DNA of 63,049 nt, the filler included, from Atractiella rhizophila (taxonomy: Eukaryota), in assembly GCA_021432655.1 (NCBI GenBank). It is 4 parts of 4 records of this genome, joined end to end, with 100 filler letters (N's around TTAATTAATTAA, not from the genome) between each part and the next. Parts side by side here need not be neighbours in the genome. Positions count along the whole stretch, not along the records: positions 27,950 to 55,696 come from MU271742.1; 3 more parts are not named here. The stretch is one strand, 5' to 3'. The notes under the pieces were generated by a model, which did not search any database, had not been told where the DNA came from, and worked only from the letters and a program-made list of their open reading frames with translations. This document shows positions 37,727 through 51,330 of the stretch, piece after piece; the first letter of the stretch is position 1, and every line of letters begins with the position of its first letter. A program made the position numbers and the translations under genes.

Positions 37727-38372
37727 GTGGAGAAAATAAATAGCATACAGTGTACCACATTATTGTGACTGCATGGCACGGTACAATGCGCGCTCATTTC
37801 TCAGTGCCATATCAGTTGCATGCAGTCAAGACACTTTTAAGCAGGTCTTATTGCGGTAACAATCTGCCTCGTCCAAGATCCAACCAGAACAGCCCCAATC
37901 CAGCGCTTCAAAAAGACACGCACCTTTCTCCTCAGTCCTTATTCAGCTCTTAGCACTCAGTCCCTGTTTTTGTGTTATCCGTTATCCTTTCTCTCACACG
38001 CAGCAAGGTGGAGCGGCCCGCTCCGCTTCCCGGTCACTACCAGCCGAGTAGACTCAGACATTCGCAGAGACGTCGACCTTCGCCACATTCTTTTCGGTAA
38101 GAGACTACGAGCTTTCCTCATGAACCTTAGCTTCTCGACAGGCGAGTTTATAGTAAATGGAGCCAGTACTAAGTATTTCAATTCACGAGCAAAGGCTACC
38201 CAAGATCACATAACCGAGACGAGGCAAACTTCAGAATTGAATGAGGAAGATTGCATATCCCGCTAAATATTCATGTGTTGACCTGGGGTGCCCTAAATGC
38301 GGCACTTCTCTTCAGAAACAAGTAAGTTCACTATTTCAAACAAAACGAACCAATTTATTCTCCTTGTTGTCC

Positions 38373-39578
38373 TCAAAATGGACAGTCCTTGTCTTCCGCG
38401 ACATCGAAAAATCTGCCTGAATCGCTAAATGCCATGGCATCAATCGCCTTGAGGAGTTTCTCCATTGCAGCAGGAGCCTCAAGGGTCGCCTTTAAAACAT
38501 TGGTCAGAACTTGCTGCTTCACTTATGGATCGGCTTACAATATCTGTCCCTGACCTGCCGAAAGAAACAAAAGATTGTTTGTAGGGAGTTGTAGATTCAG
38601 AAGGGAGCAAAAACTAACAGATTGGTCTTGACCCATCCCTTAGCATGTCCAAAAGTTTAGATGCAGCATGAGTTCAAAGATAGGAGAAACGCACTGGAGA
38701 AACAGTCACCACGGTGATTCCGTCCTTATGGAGCTCGACGGCATACTTCCTACCAGCCATGTTAAGAGCTAACTCCAAAGTAAGTGCATCACTGTTTGAA
38801 AGGGTAGAACCCCACCAGCTTTCGAGACTTTAGAGCGAGTGTTAGGACAAATTGTGTTGGACGAAGAGAACGCACCAGCATAGGGTCCGACGACGCCGAG
38901 GTTCGAAGGATCGAAAGGAGCGTTCAAGCTGGCGAGGGTGCAAGAACCAGAAATGGTCGAGATGATGGTGATTTTCTTCTCGTTTCCCTTTTTGATCAAC
39001 GGGAGGAAAACGTTCACCGTTCTTATGCTGCCCATCACATTGACATCGAACTACAGCAGCCATCTTTCAGATAAGGACGCAGCGTTGCGTGGATAAAACG
39101 CACCAGGTAACTGAAGTCTTCGAGAGGGGAAGACGTGAACGATTCGCCGGCCATTTCATAGACACCTCTCTGAATCCCGCTGGGAGAGGCGGCTCCAGCA
39201 CTAGCAAATCACCTCAATTCATGCCAAAAACTGGGGAAGATGAAGCTGTACTTAGCAATGAGGAGATCAATACCCCTTTCTCCAAGTATCTTCGCGACAA
39301 TTTCGAAGGCATCTTTCATGCTGCGATCATTCGTCATGTCCGCTTTCACGAGTACCAGATTGTTGCGCTCAGAAGCAAGGACCTGCAGCTTTGGAGACGA
39401 TAATGGGTTACGCGTGAGGGCAAATACAAGGCTGTCTGGCTTGGCTGAGAGCTGATTGACGAGCTCGAACTATTGTTACAGCACTCCTGAACACTGTATC
39501 GGAAGCAAGAAGATAGTCGATATCACTCATGCCTAACCCACCAGATGTTCCGGTAACCAAACTGATTCTTCGCGTCAT
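38373..39578 (-). CDS. Short-chain dehydrogenase/reductase, copy B
   Basis: MTRRISLVTGTSGGLG; same exon layout as copy A. Confidence 0.85.
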
Positions 39579-41118
39579 GTCGTAAAATCAAGTTCTTCCA
39601 AAATGTGCGGTCTGTAGACCTGAGTGTCGACGAGGCATCATTTTATATCCAACCGACTCTACCGCAGCTGTTAGGCCCTGCACATCTACACTACACCGAA
39701 TTCGAAGAGATAGAAGAAGATGCAGACCCTGAGAGTGGAGCCTGGCCATTCCCTACACTGTCTTGTCTCTATCGGTTTACCATCATATCTCCACTCCCAG
39801 AAAGATTTAGTCACTTGATTGATCCGAACAGGTAATATTTACGTTGTTGTAGCCACTATGGCTCCGTCGCCCCGTGATTTGTAGTTCGGTGCCTCCTTTG
39901 CCTACGATGGAGTAAAACCTGCTCCAAGATACAATTCAGTCATAAAGTACCGGAACTCGTCCCTTCACTTTGCTCGGAACAGTTGATCCGAACATGTCAG
40001 CTCCCTCTCTCGCAGCTCGCAGTTTGGCATATCTGGCACATCCTCATGTGCCGCATCTCCTCTCCTCTTTTCTGACCCATCATCCATTCCCGTGACTCTC
40101 CTTCAAGCCCACTTTCTTTGAAACCCCTTCTTAACTGCATGCTTAAAGAAGCGCATACGGGCATCCTCCGACGATGGCTGCCAAACAGAGTGATCCATTT
40201 TTTACTTCTTACACGATTGTGACTGTTCGCCAGTCCTGTTCTGTAGATGAATATTTCCTTTTCGCCTGCTTCGTGTCACAGTGCCGCAATGGGGATAATT
40301 TACTCTGCTCCTCTCAAAGCTCAACACCTAGGCAAATTATCGTAGCTCATCTTGGAGAAGATGAATACGAGCCTGAGGAAGGCTAACTATGAGGCCGTCG
40401 GGCAGAGGGACTTCAAGGAGGTAGGATTTTGTGAGCACCCCACCAAAACAAGTTGATCCAAGACAGTCAATCTTCCATTTGGTCAAGCTCTGCACGAATC
40501 GTGACACACCTCAAGAAGAGTACACTCGTCTTTCTGCATTCTGACTGTCTCTACTAGTCAATTCGCATTGCATAGACGGTGTCATTAAGGTGATATTGAT
40601 ATGACCTCTCGCAAACCTATGTTATTTATTATGTAATTTGGTGGGAGCGAGGCAAAGAAGCAAGATTTCTGAAACATGGGCTAACCACACACCTTAAGAG
40701 TGCCACTTTCTGTCAACTGTTACCTGGCATTCCTCCCGCTTTTTCCTTGGTAGGAGTTAGTAAGGATGGTGACAGGGTGGTGCTATGCTTATCGCGATAG
40801 CCGATGTTTGTCTGCTCAAGACGTCCAAGCTTCCATGATATAGTCTAGCTCGCATGCAACCTGCAAAGCAATCATACGGCCGCTTAACCCCACCGTCGAT
40901 TCGTGACTCAGCTGGAGCTGGTAGGGAAATAATCATATTTCTAAGTGTAAAGATGAGTTTTACACACTCGTTCTCTACAAGTTCAAGTTTGTGATGTAAG
41001 TCCCTGCGAAATTCATTGCTCCCTTCTCCAACAAGCAGCCATAGCACTATACTCAAAATCTGAAGTATGAAGTAGAGAGACAGCTGTAGGCATGGCCATC
41101 AGATTACTCTCCTTCTTT

Positions 41119-42328
41119 TCAGAACGGAGCATCCTCTCCCACGGCAACATCGATAAACCTGCCAGAATCACTGAGTGTGACAGCGTCAATGGTCTTGATG
41201 AGCTGCTCCATCGCAGCTGGGGCCTCCAGAGGCGCCTGTCAAAAATTTGTTAGAACGACCTGGATTTTTTTCACTGCCCGTGGATTGACTTACAATATCT
41301 GCTCCGGACCTTGGACAGGGTGTTAATGGTCCGTCCTGTGGATGATACAGTGCAAAAATACTCACAAGTTGGTCTTAACCCATCCCTGCGTGTGCCGAAA
41401 GGTTCAGATGAAGAATGGGTTCAAAGAGGAGGAGAAACGCACAGGCGAAACATTCACTACAGTGACTCCGTCCTGATGAAGCTCGACAGCGTACTTCCTA
41501 GCCGCCATGTTAAGAGCTGGGCACACAAAATGAGTGTCTCATTGTCTGAAATGGCATGTAAGCCTTACCAGCTTTTGAAACTGTAGTCACATTGTCAGTA
41601 GCTTCACCATTTGGGAAACGGGTAACTCACCAGCGTATGGGCCGAAAACACCGTTATTTGAACCATCATAAGGAGCGTTTAGACTGACGTAACTGCAAGA
41701 GCCGATAGTGCTTGAGATTATGGTGATCTTTTTCTCACTTCCCTTTCTGATTAATGGCAGGAACGCGTTCACTGTTCTTATGCTGCCAATCACATTGACA
41801 TCGAACTGCTCTTCTGGTCAGAAGATGATCAGGCACTCTAGCGAAAAAAGCGTACCAAGTAGGTGAAGTCTTCGAGAGGAGAATAAGTAAACGATTCAGC
41901 TGCCATGTCTTGTGCGCGTCGCTGACTTGGGCTGGGAGACGCAGCGCCCGCGCTGTGGCATCACTTCATTTCGAGTGAAATTGATGGACAATGCGTGCGT
42001 ACTTGACGACGAGCAGATCAATACCCTTGCTGTCGATTGTCTTCTGAACTTCTTCGAAGGCAGCCTTTATACTATCATCATCCGTCGTGTCCCCTTTCAC
42101 GACTACAAGATTTTTGCGTTCTGAAGCAAGGGCTTGTAGTCGTGGAGAAGAGGACGGGTTGCGCGACAGAGCAAAAACGAGGCTGTCCTGTTTGGCTGAA
42201 AGCTGGTTGACAAGCTCGAACTGTTGTCCGTTCAACACATCTCAACGCTGCGATGACGCAGGGAGATTGATGGTACTCACACCCAACCCGCCAGATGTCC
42301 CAGTAACCAAACTGATTCTGCCAGTCAT
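41119..42328 (-). CDS. Short-chain dehydrogenase/reductase, copy C
   Basis: MTGRISLVTGTSGGLG; same exon layout as copies A and B. Confidence 0.85.
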
Positions 42329-44033
42329 ATTGTAAAACAAGTATCTGGGATTAAGTGTCTTGAATTAAGATGTGTGGTAGCCTTTGGTTGTTTTTATATT
42401 GCAGCTTTTGAGCCCACCAAGTTCGGTTTCCTAGGCCACGGAATTCGGAACTGCTCCGAAGTTGATTTGTGGAGGGGGAGATGGGAACTGCGGCAGGGGA
42501 TGTGGAGAGGCCCGAGCTGACAGAAGCACGGAGGAAGAAGATATCATTTTAGAGGACCAAGCGTTCGTCATGAAAACAAGACCTCACTGCGTACCAAATC
42601 TCTCAGGTTCGTTTTGGATGGCTGGTTCGACCCAGCTTCCTCGATTCCCAATCTTCCCTGGTTGACATCGGCGACCAGCGGTCATTGAGCACGGCGTTGT
42701 TCCTCCACAAAGAGTCTATCCTCTTACAATTTACTGGTCCTGTCAACAGGTAGATCTGCCAGTATAACGAAGTTCAGTTTTCAGTTTCGCATATATACTG
42801 TGTAGTCCTGATTGTGATAATCGTGTATCGGTTTCACAGGCAAGCAGTATCAACTATCTTGCGGTAAAGAGCTGTCAAAAGCGAAGAAAGGACAAGCTGA
42901 TGCTCGACTACCGCCATGAAAAGAGAGTGAGACGTACGAGAAACTGTATCCTCCATTCTCCACCTCCTGGTCTTTTTCAGAACATGGGTTTCAATTCGCA
43001 TGTCAATTCCTAATATGGGTATGCTCCGCAAATGATCCTTGCTACGGTGAAAAGTGGGACTTTGATGCAATCACACACATCCTAAGAGAACATCTGGGGC
43101 TCCAAAACAAATGGTTGTTCAAAGTGTAAGTCGACGGTCAACCCTCAGATAATCAAGGCAGACCTATCGACAATTCTGGTCGATGCATCTGTCCGTCCTC
43201 GATATCCTACTACGGCCACCGCTGGACTCCCACTGGCCTGTTTCCAGGAAGTTACCGCAATCGTTGCAAAGGAATGCCTGTTCGACACCAGCGTTCCAAG
43301 CTTATATCTGCGCTCCTTGTTTACGCCAGTGAGTCGAAGACAAAATCAGGACATTCTGCTTGCGCCAGCCAAAATCAGAATGGTCCATAGGGGTATAATT
43401 GCTCGTCCAGTCAAGTCATTCAGTGAAGCTTCAGTTAAATACTCTACGGGTATGGCTGCGCATCTGCTTGGGCGAGAGGCATGGACAGAAGTTTGCAATG
43501 TTTGAGGCGATGTAGCGCTGGCCACGAAACGCTTCTGCTTCTTCGGGTCACTCTGGTGCAGACAGCGGCCTCATAAGACACGTCGCTCAGACTCAGCATC
43601 TTTGTCTATCCTGGTCTATCAATTCAAGGGGCATAAGCCCATTTTTCATGCCGTGGAAATTGATGAGACTGGTATAATGCAGGCTGGTCGCAAACGCACT
43701 TTCTGCTTGCATATCGTTGAAAACACAATTTGTCTAGACCCACCAGGCGAGACAATGCCTTATGCCCTCACGACCTTACCCTCTTTCGTTTGAGATGAGC
43801 TCACCTCTGAGTTAAACACCACATCACATCTTGCTCGCTCAAAAACAACCGAGCTCTCTATGAAGCATCCTTTCCAACCAGCTCAAAACTCCAACCATAA
43901 CTAGCATATTCCTTTCCGTAGCCCTTTGTTTTGTTGGCCCTTTCCACTCCGCTCCGAAGCATGACGTCACGTTATATAAAACCTTACCACTCAGCCCACC
44001 TCACCTTCGTATTCTTCTCAAATATTCTGCAAA

Positions 44034-45089
44034 ATGTCTTTGCTACGAACTTCCCTCCCCCGCGTGTCTCGCGCCTTCTCTCCACTGCACTCTCAGGCGG
44101 CCAGCCAAGTGCGAGGAAAACACACGGTCCCAGACCTGGCATATGATTATGGGGTGCGTTTGTGTCTCGTTTCCTTTGGTCGTATTGACGCCAGCCGTGG
44201 GACAGGCACTCGAGCCTCATGTCAGTGCTCAGATTATGGAGCTTCACCACACCAAGCATCACCAGACGTAAGTTCTTCATACCTGCCGAAAAATGTGATA
44301 ACCGATTCTCACGTTGGGGAATAGATACGTGACTGGCTTGAATGCCGCTGAAGAGCAATATGCTGAGGCCTCAGCTAAAGGTGATATCAAAAAGCAGATT
44401 GCTTTGCAGTCTGCCCTCAAATTCAACGGCGGAGGTCGGCTCCTTTCCTCCCGGTCTTCAGACGAACATTATAGTGAGAGTGTTGGCTAGGACATATCAA
44501 TCACACTTTCTTCTGGAAGATCCTCGCTCCCACTTCCAAGGGTGGTGGAGAACTTGCACCTGGTATGCTTCATTCCAGTGTCAGGCATCGAACAACACCA
44601 CTGACGATAAAGTACTAGGGGATCTGTCAAACGCCATCAAAACCGGCTTCGGCTCTCTCGACGCTCTCAAGTCCAAATTCAACCCCACCGCGGCCGCCAT
44701 TCAAGGCTCGGGATGGTGCTGGCTCGTTTGTCCCCCTCCTGCTTCCATCCTGCACTAGCTCTGCACGGATGCTGACGCGTTGACGTATAGGGATTGAACC
44801 CGGTCACCAAACAGCTCGAAATAACGACGACTGGGAACCAGGACCCTTTGACGAGTCACATCCCGATCGTGGGCATTGATATGTGGGAGCACAGCTATTA
44901 CCTTCAGGTTCGTCTTTCTCCCCATCCCATCCTTCTCTCCCCTACCGTCTGTACCGCTCTGTGATTTGGTTGTCTGATGGTGCTTGCTAACAGTACAAGA
45001 ACGTGAAGCCGGATTACCTGAAGGCTATTTGGAATGTGGTCAATTGGAAAGAGGCGGAGCAGAGGTATAAAGAAGCACTTAGCAACTGA
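44034..45089 (+). CDS. SOD2: Mitochondrial manganese superoxide dismutase
   Basis: Presequence ending [52 protein letters not shown]. Confidence 0.95.
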
Positions 45090-45305
45090 TGCCCCTGTAA
45101 AAAGTGAAGAGGCCAGACAAAATTCAGCCTAGCTCATAAATTACTCATGGAATGAATCGATTCATACCTATATTCATGTGTGAAATCGAACTTTGCATCG
45201 ACTGCCCATCTCACGAGGGTTCTGTTAGGAGCCAACGATAAAATCATGATGATAGAACAGGAGGAAATGTCGCAGAGTGACATTCACAAGTTCCACGTAA
45301 AACAA

Positions 45306-47400
45306 TCAGTCCCCAACTCGTGCCCTCCATGCCTCTAAGGAAGCAACGATGACCTCCTTCCATTCCTCCCCTTCCAAACCTCCCAAAATATCGTCCGCAA
45401 TCCCCTCCTCGTCCACCACCCACCGACCCTTCCCCATCTCCACCGCGCTCCTTACCAGCGCCATCTTGACCAAAGCATGCCGTTCCCTCCCCATCTGCGC
45501 TTTCTCTTCCACGCTCAAACTCGACTGTGCTTCTTGCGCCGCCTGAGCGCGACGGCGTGGGACTTTTCGAGCCTTTTTCTCCTCTGGGGACGCAACATCG
45601 ACATCCATTTTCCCTTCTTCTTCAGCCTCTTTATCGCCGTCTCCGCTCATCTGTCTCTGAGCGGCTTGGGCTGCACCAATTTCGATTGGTGTCCTCGAGA
45701 GATATCTCTCTCTGATATTCTTCCCATTCCTGAGCTCCGTCCATGCCTTCCGAGGTGTGTCCACTATCATCCCGCTCGAATCCTTTGAGAGACTTGCTTT
45801 TCGCGGACTGGGTGATGGAGAAGGCTGGGAGAGGTTTGGCGTGAGTGTGGAGGCGGAGGGAGGGAGAGAGAAGGAAGAAAGGTAGGAAGTGGTTAAGTGA
45901 TAGAGAAAAGGAGGGCAGGGGAGGAGGGAGAGGAAAGAGCGGAAAGAGGACGAGGGAAGGGAACGCAACGAGGTGAGTACGGAAGACGTCAGAGTCGCAC
46001 CGTCTAGAAGGTTTGCGGTACAGAGATCTACGAGCTGTTTGTCTTCAATCACCAAAGAATCAATTGAAGGAGAGATCACGCACAAGGCTTAGTAGCCGCA
46101 TGCTCAGCTGCCTTTTTCGAATGGTCGAATATTCTTTTCCGATTTCTAAAGTAGAGCTGGTTTTCAGGAAAGGAAGGAACACGATATCGAGCGCTTTATT
46201 CATATTCGTCGTTCGTTTCCTTGATCCTGCTGAAGGCATGAATTGGCGGAGCAGCCAATTGGAGTACGGCGCCTTGATGCCTACAGCCGTTAACATCCAC
46301 ATGTCAGTCCAACCGTCAAGTCGTAGAGTGGAAGTGAGGACAACCTTTCCCATTCTTGAAAGCGCGGCCACTGTCCCACTCCCAACACTCCACAAAGAAC
46401 TCCAACGCTTTCCAACCATCCTCCCGGCCGTCGTCCGGTGTCGTCCAAACGACCACACCTTCCCTTCTCTCTTTTGCTCTCCCAGCCTTTCCAGCCAAGA
46501 TGTCCCACACGTTCTCAGCATCTCTTATCCTCCATCCTGCTTTTATCAAAGGACCTATCTTCTCAACTTCATCATCATCATCACTTCCTTTGTCCTTTCC
46601 AACACTTCTACCCATCCCCCTTTTTGCAGCTGGACGAAGTGAGGAGCGCAGCTGTCGATCGGAAAATGTAGCGGCTGGAACATGGTCTTCAGCGTCCGAG
46701 TCGTTCCCTCTACCTTCCGTTGCGCTAGTTTTAGGACCGGAAGAATCCGCGACGACGAAGTAAGAGATGTCCACCTCTTTAGGAGCAGCAAATGGGTCCT
46801 GCGGCTCTTCTCCCTCTTTGGCATCTTCAAGACCTAACATGCATCGAACATTCCACTCCAAGACGTCTCGTCGAGTGTGCTCTTCCCCTTCTTTTGCTGA
46901 GTAGCTGGGGACGGCGCGTAGGATGGCTTCTGCACCGTTTACGGCAAGTATTCGTCGTAGGAGGCGGAGTGCAGAACCTGGAGTTGATGCTTGGGTAAGG
47001 GAACTTGCGGAGGAAGTGGACGATATCGAGTTGGAGTTCGGAGCGGGGGGATGTAGGAGGAGCGAGAGGAGGATGTGAATTTGCTCTCTTAAGGCATGTT
47101 TGAGCTTAGAACGAGAATTTAGGAGAAGGATGCGAACGGAGATAGTATCCAGCCTTCACCAACCATTCCGTCAAGTGTTAACAACCCCTCCGCCACTAAT
47201 CCCAAGACGAAACAACAGTCAACGAACCCGCACACCGTCTAAGCTATAAGACAGAAGGCGCACCCTCTCCATCCTCCCAGCTAAACCGCAAGAAATCGTT
47301 CCAGATTTTGGGGAAAGTCGTCGCAGTCTTCTTATGCTTCTGTCTTTGCGGCTTACGGCCATCCAAAGAAAGGTCGAGAGAGTTGCTTTCATTGAGCATC
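45306..47400 (-). CDS. Hypothetical multi-exon protein (start uncertain)
   Basis: Consecutive long minus-strand frames (about 47150-46320, 46290-46100, 46050-45306) separated by short intron-like segments; no recognisable domain. Confidence 0.55.
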
Positions 47401-49534
47401 CTGCGTCTGTCTAAGGTACCGCTCAGCTAGGAGAGTCCTCGTTCAGCCCTTGCTCAGGCTGGGGTTGGTAAAGCTTGGTTTAAGCTTGAGGCGCTCGGAC
47501 GCGTTTGGCCAAGACGCGTCTTTTGCCGACCGCCTTGTTCTTAAGGAGGGAGCATGCAACTGCTCATCCGCCCTCATTTACATAACTCTGCACGCAACTG
47601 TCTTGCAAATCTGCTTTGCTTCCCGCTCCCCTAATGCTTCTGTCGTCTCTTTTTCCATTGACTCGATGTCTGCAACCCTCCACGCAACGAGGAGCGAATG
47701 TGGCTTTTTCAAGGCAACGATGAGGGTTATGATGGAGTGCTTGTTTTTTTAAGATACTACTGTATGTTCTTCTCTGAAACGGATGTGTAGGGGATGGCGT
47801 GCATATGCATCTATGTCCAAGTACCAGTACCATTGTACCTTGATCTCCTGTTGAGACTGAAACAGACTGCGTAGCTACGTTTGTTGAAAGCAGCCTGAAA
47901 GTAGTCCCACTGTAAAAGGTACTGTACTACTCCAGGGTGAAGGACGCTCTCCTTGGGCTTTTGGACCTGCATCAGATTGTTGTCACGAAACAGTATCCAA
48001 AAAGGTCGCAGCGTCTGCCTTGAGAGGCACGCGATCAATCAATTAGACTGAAAGGTCTTGTCCCATAAAGTGGCATACTGCGACTGTGGTTCGTTATTTA
48101 ATTACAGACCATAGGTTACTGTGAAGCGCTGACACACCTCCTATTTCATTGAAGCAATTTAGTGAACTTGAGATTTTGACTTCTAATCGTAAATGTCATG
48201 GTGGTGGAGGTGGTGCTTGCTCTCAACCCTTTGCAGATCCCGTCATTCCACAAAGACATATCGCAACAATGGCTCGATGCCTGCAAACTGATCCTCCGAG
48301 GACAAGGCGGCAAGTCTCACAGAGCCCCTGCTCTCAGGCCGTCGCACATGCTGATGACCATCCCACTACCAACTGCTTTGATGTCAACTGCGGCTTTGAG
48401 TTGACTGCGCGTCCAGATATTCATATTGCTGTAATATCGCAAAAACCAGTCCTGGATATCCAAAGGAGGGATTCACGCCTAGGACTGTCTGCGAATGAAT
48501 TTGGAAAGGACTACTTATGAGGTAATGAATGAATTTTAACGATGAACGTTGAACATCGCACTTTGAATCCCAGATGCAATTTCGAACTCATTTATATTGC
48601 AACGGAATGTAATGTCAGACAGATCCACGGCGCCAACCAGAACCAGTTGTGTGAACATCGAACTGTTTCGCCAGACGTTCACGGGCTGAGATTGATCGGA
48701 TCATTGGGCTCTGCAGCCTCGATACTGTACCCAATGAGCTCCAGCATCTTAGAAGGTAGGTCCTTCTCACCCGACACTTCTTTGCCTTTCGCAAAGCGGC
48801 TGCCCGCTGAATACGTGACCCACGACGAAGTGCAGTGCTGAAACCATGCATAAGCTCTAAGAATAGCCACAATGCATTCTAGCCTCCTCGAACCTCTGTC
48901 TTCATTTCAAAGAACGCAGGAAAGACGCGCTCTCGGACCTGCAACTTTGCCACTGGCTGAAATCTGGAAGCCTCAACTGTAAACTATTTTTATACAGCCT
49001 GTCGCTTTCTTCCACAGTTGCCATGAGCTCCCCCATGAAATAATTGAAGGAAGTGGTCGTCTCTTGTTTCCTTCTCACCTTTTGTCTGAAGAAACTTTTG
49101 GTTCCATGCGGCATCTCGGCGTCTGAAAAATCCGAATAATCCCAAAATAGCGGATGTCCTACAGTCGCACCAGGTCGATTCCTGCTCTTCGTGCCTTTGG
49201 AGCTTCTAAACCTGAGAAAAATGGGTGGAATACCTCAGTTTATGCATGGAGTATGCAGGAAGTATGCATGACGAAAGAGTGGATACAAAAAAAATGATAT
49301 GCTTCCTCCCTCGTCTGTTAGGCGTCGACGGTTCCAAGAAAAGGTTCCGCGGACTTCTTACGTCTGGAAAGCACCGAAGGCAATAAAACCATTGGGTCAG
49401 TGTCCGTGAATGATTCCCCCTTAACAACCATCCCAACCTCCTCAGCTCTCCCTTTGACCTGACCAAAGCAAGAGCGACCTTTTCTACACTCTTTTGTAAC
49501 TCACAACAAAAAATTACAACGAAATTTTTTCAAG

Positions 49535-50710
49535 ATGAGGCAATCAGCTCTTTTCCTCGTTTCTGCGCTCGCCATCGCCGTTAACGCGTCCAACATCAAA
49601 CACCTTCAGATTTCCCGTGCCATTGCTTCCAATGTCACAAGCGCTGATGGCTCCAACGCTCTCTCGGTCGACACGGACGACTCGGACTACGAGCCTCAGG
49701 ACCATGACTACTCGGAATTTATCCACGACGTTGATCCAGAGGAGGATGGATGGGAGGATATTGATACTCACGGAATGATGGTCTTCGATCACGATGTTTC
49801 GCCCGTTGAACAAAGCTCGCTCATTAAGAGAGCATATTCGGTGGATTCGAGCCCAGTCAGGGATGTCGCAAGAAGGGAGGTCGAGATGCACCTCGACGAG
49901 AGGGGAGAGCTTCATTTCCCCAGGAGCTGGAATGATTTGAAGAGCATGGTCAAGACCGTCAAGAGGGGATTCAGTTTCAGTATGTGAATTTCTTTGACGG
50001 ACATGGAATGGGTGTGAAATGATTCGTTATAGAGGCGAGGATTACCTGGTATACCGGATATGATTTGAAGTACCCCAAGTCAGTCTTTGTTTCCTTGTAC
50101 TAAGATGTCCATAACTGAACTGCATTTTAGCTGCTGTGACGTTCGTCCCTTCTCATAGGCTCTCTATCCACAGTCCTGACTATTCTCTCAGAAATCCGGC
50201 TTCACTCCCACTGACAAATCTCTCATCGCGGCCACGACCCTCAATGGCTGGGCCGGCGCTCCTAAATGTGGTACTTACATGAAGGTTCGCTTTTTTTGGA
50301 TTCTGAAGAAGCGATATTTATGGAAATCTGCAGCTCCGCTCCACCAATGGCAAGAAGTCAGTCATCGTCCGCAAGATCGATACCTGCGCTGGATGTGCAA
50401 AGGGAAGCAAGCACGTCGACCTTACCAAGGCGGCTTTCTCTGCTCTTTATTCCCTTGATGTTGGGTGCGTTTTTTCCTGCCTATTCCTCCTTCCACTCCA
50501 CCTGCATGCTGTGGATGGGATGCTGACGGGTTTCTGTTGTGTTTATGTGACAGATTGGTCAACAACATTCAAGTGAAGCAGGTTCCCCAACCTTTCAAGA
50601 AGTACACCACCGCGATCGTACGTTTTCAAGCCCTCCGTGTAACATCTCTTCTACCGAACTGATTCTCTCCCTGTGAATAGAAAAAGATCTACGGGCCCAA
50701 AGTACTTTAA
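49535..50710 (+). CDS. Secreted RlpA-like/DPBB (expansin/loosenin-like) protein with acidic propeptide
   Basis: Signal peptide MRQSALFLVSALAIAVNA; KR sites; GRITWYTG, KCG, VIVRKIDTCAGC...HVDLTKAAFSAL. Confidence 0.85.
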
Positions 50711-51330
50711 ACGCTCCCATCAAATGTCAAAGGATGGGATGGTGATACCTGTGCCGGTATACCTGCCTTTCAATCGGACTTGGAAATCTTTGCTTCATTC
50801 TTTTTCTGTCCTTCCTCGGTTCGATTCCCCTGTCCAAAAAATTCACCCTTAAAACACAAGTGACCCTGGCTTCGGTTTGACTTCTGCCCCTCCTCATCTC
50901 ATTGATGAGATGGGATGATCCACGACCGCTTTTTTGCTTTCTCGGTCGTTGAATTGCTTCATTGGTTTTTTTGGTCGGTCGTTCCCACTGTCGATACTCA
51001 TTGTCAATTATATGTCAATGTTTAGCTTCAGCTATCGACCTACCTATTTTATTCCGCTAGGTCCTGGCCAAGTTACGAGTTAAGGTGGGAAAATATTGAG
51101 ACTTCCGGACGCTGTCCCTTGGCTGTTGACATCGACAACGGAGTGGACAGTGGACACAGGACAGGCAGAATCAATAGAGTGCGACCTCCTCCATGTGTTT
51201 CACAATCACAACCGTCTCCTCTCCTTGTATGTGAAACCTGTAAGGACCGCTTCGCCTTCATAAGGACCACGCTTTCGATCCTTGTCGCCCATCATCGAAC
51301 CGACCACTCTCTCCATCCCAACCCAACACC

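Noticed and set aside
33879..42328. ALDH plus three SDRs as a secondary-metabolite cluster
   Set aside because: No PKS, NRPS, terpene cyclase or other backbone gene in the contig segment.
47560..49470. Short ORFs that might be a gene or transposon remnant
   Set aside because: No recognisable motif, terminal repeat or coherent splice model.
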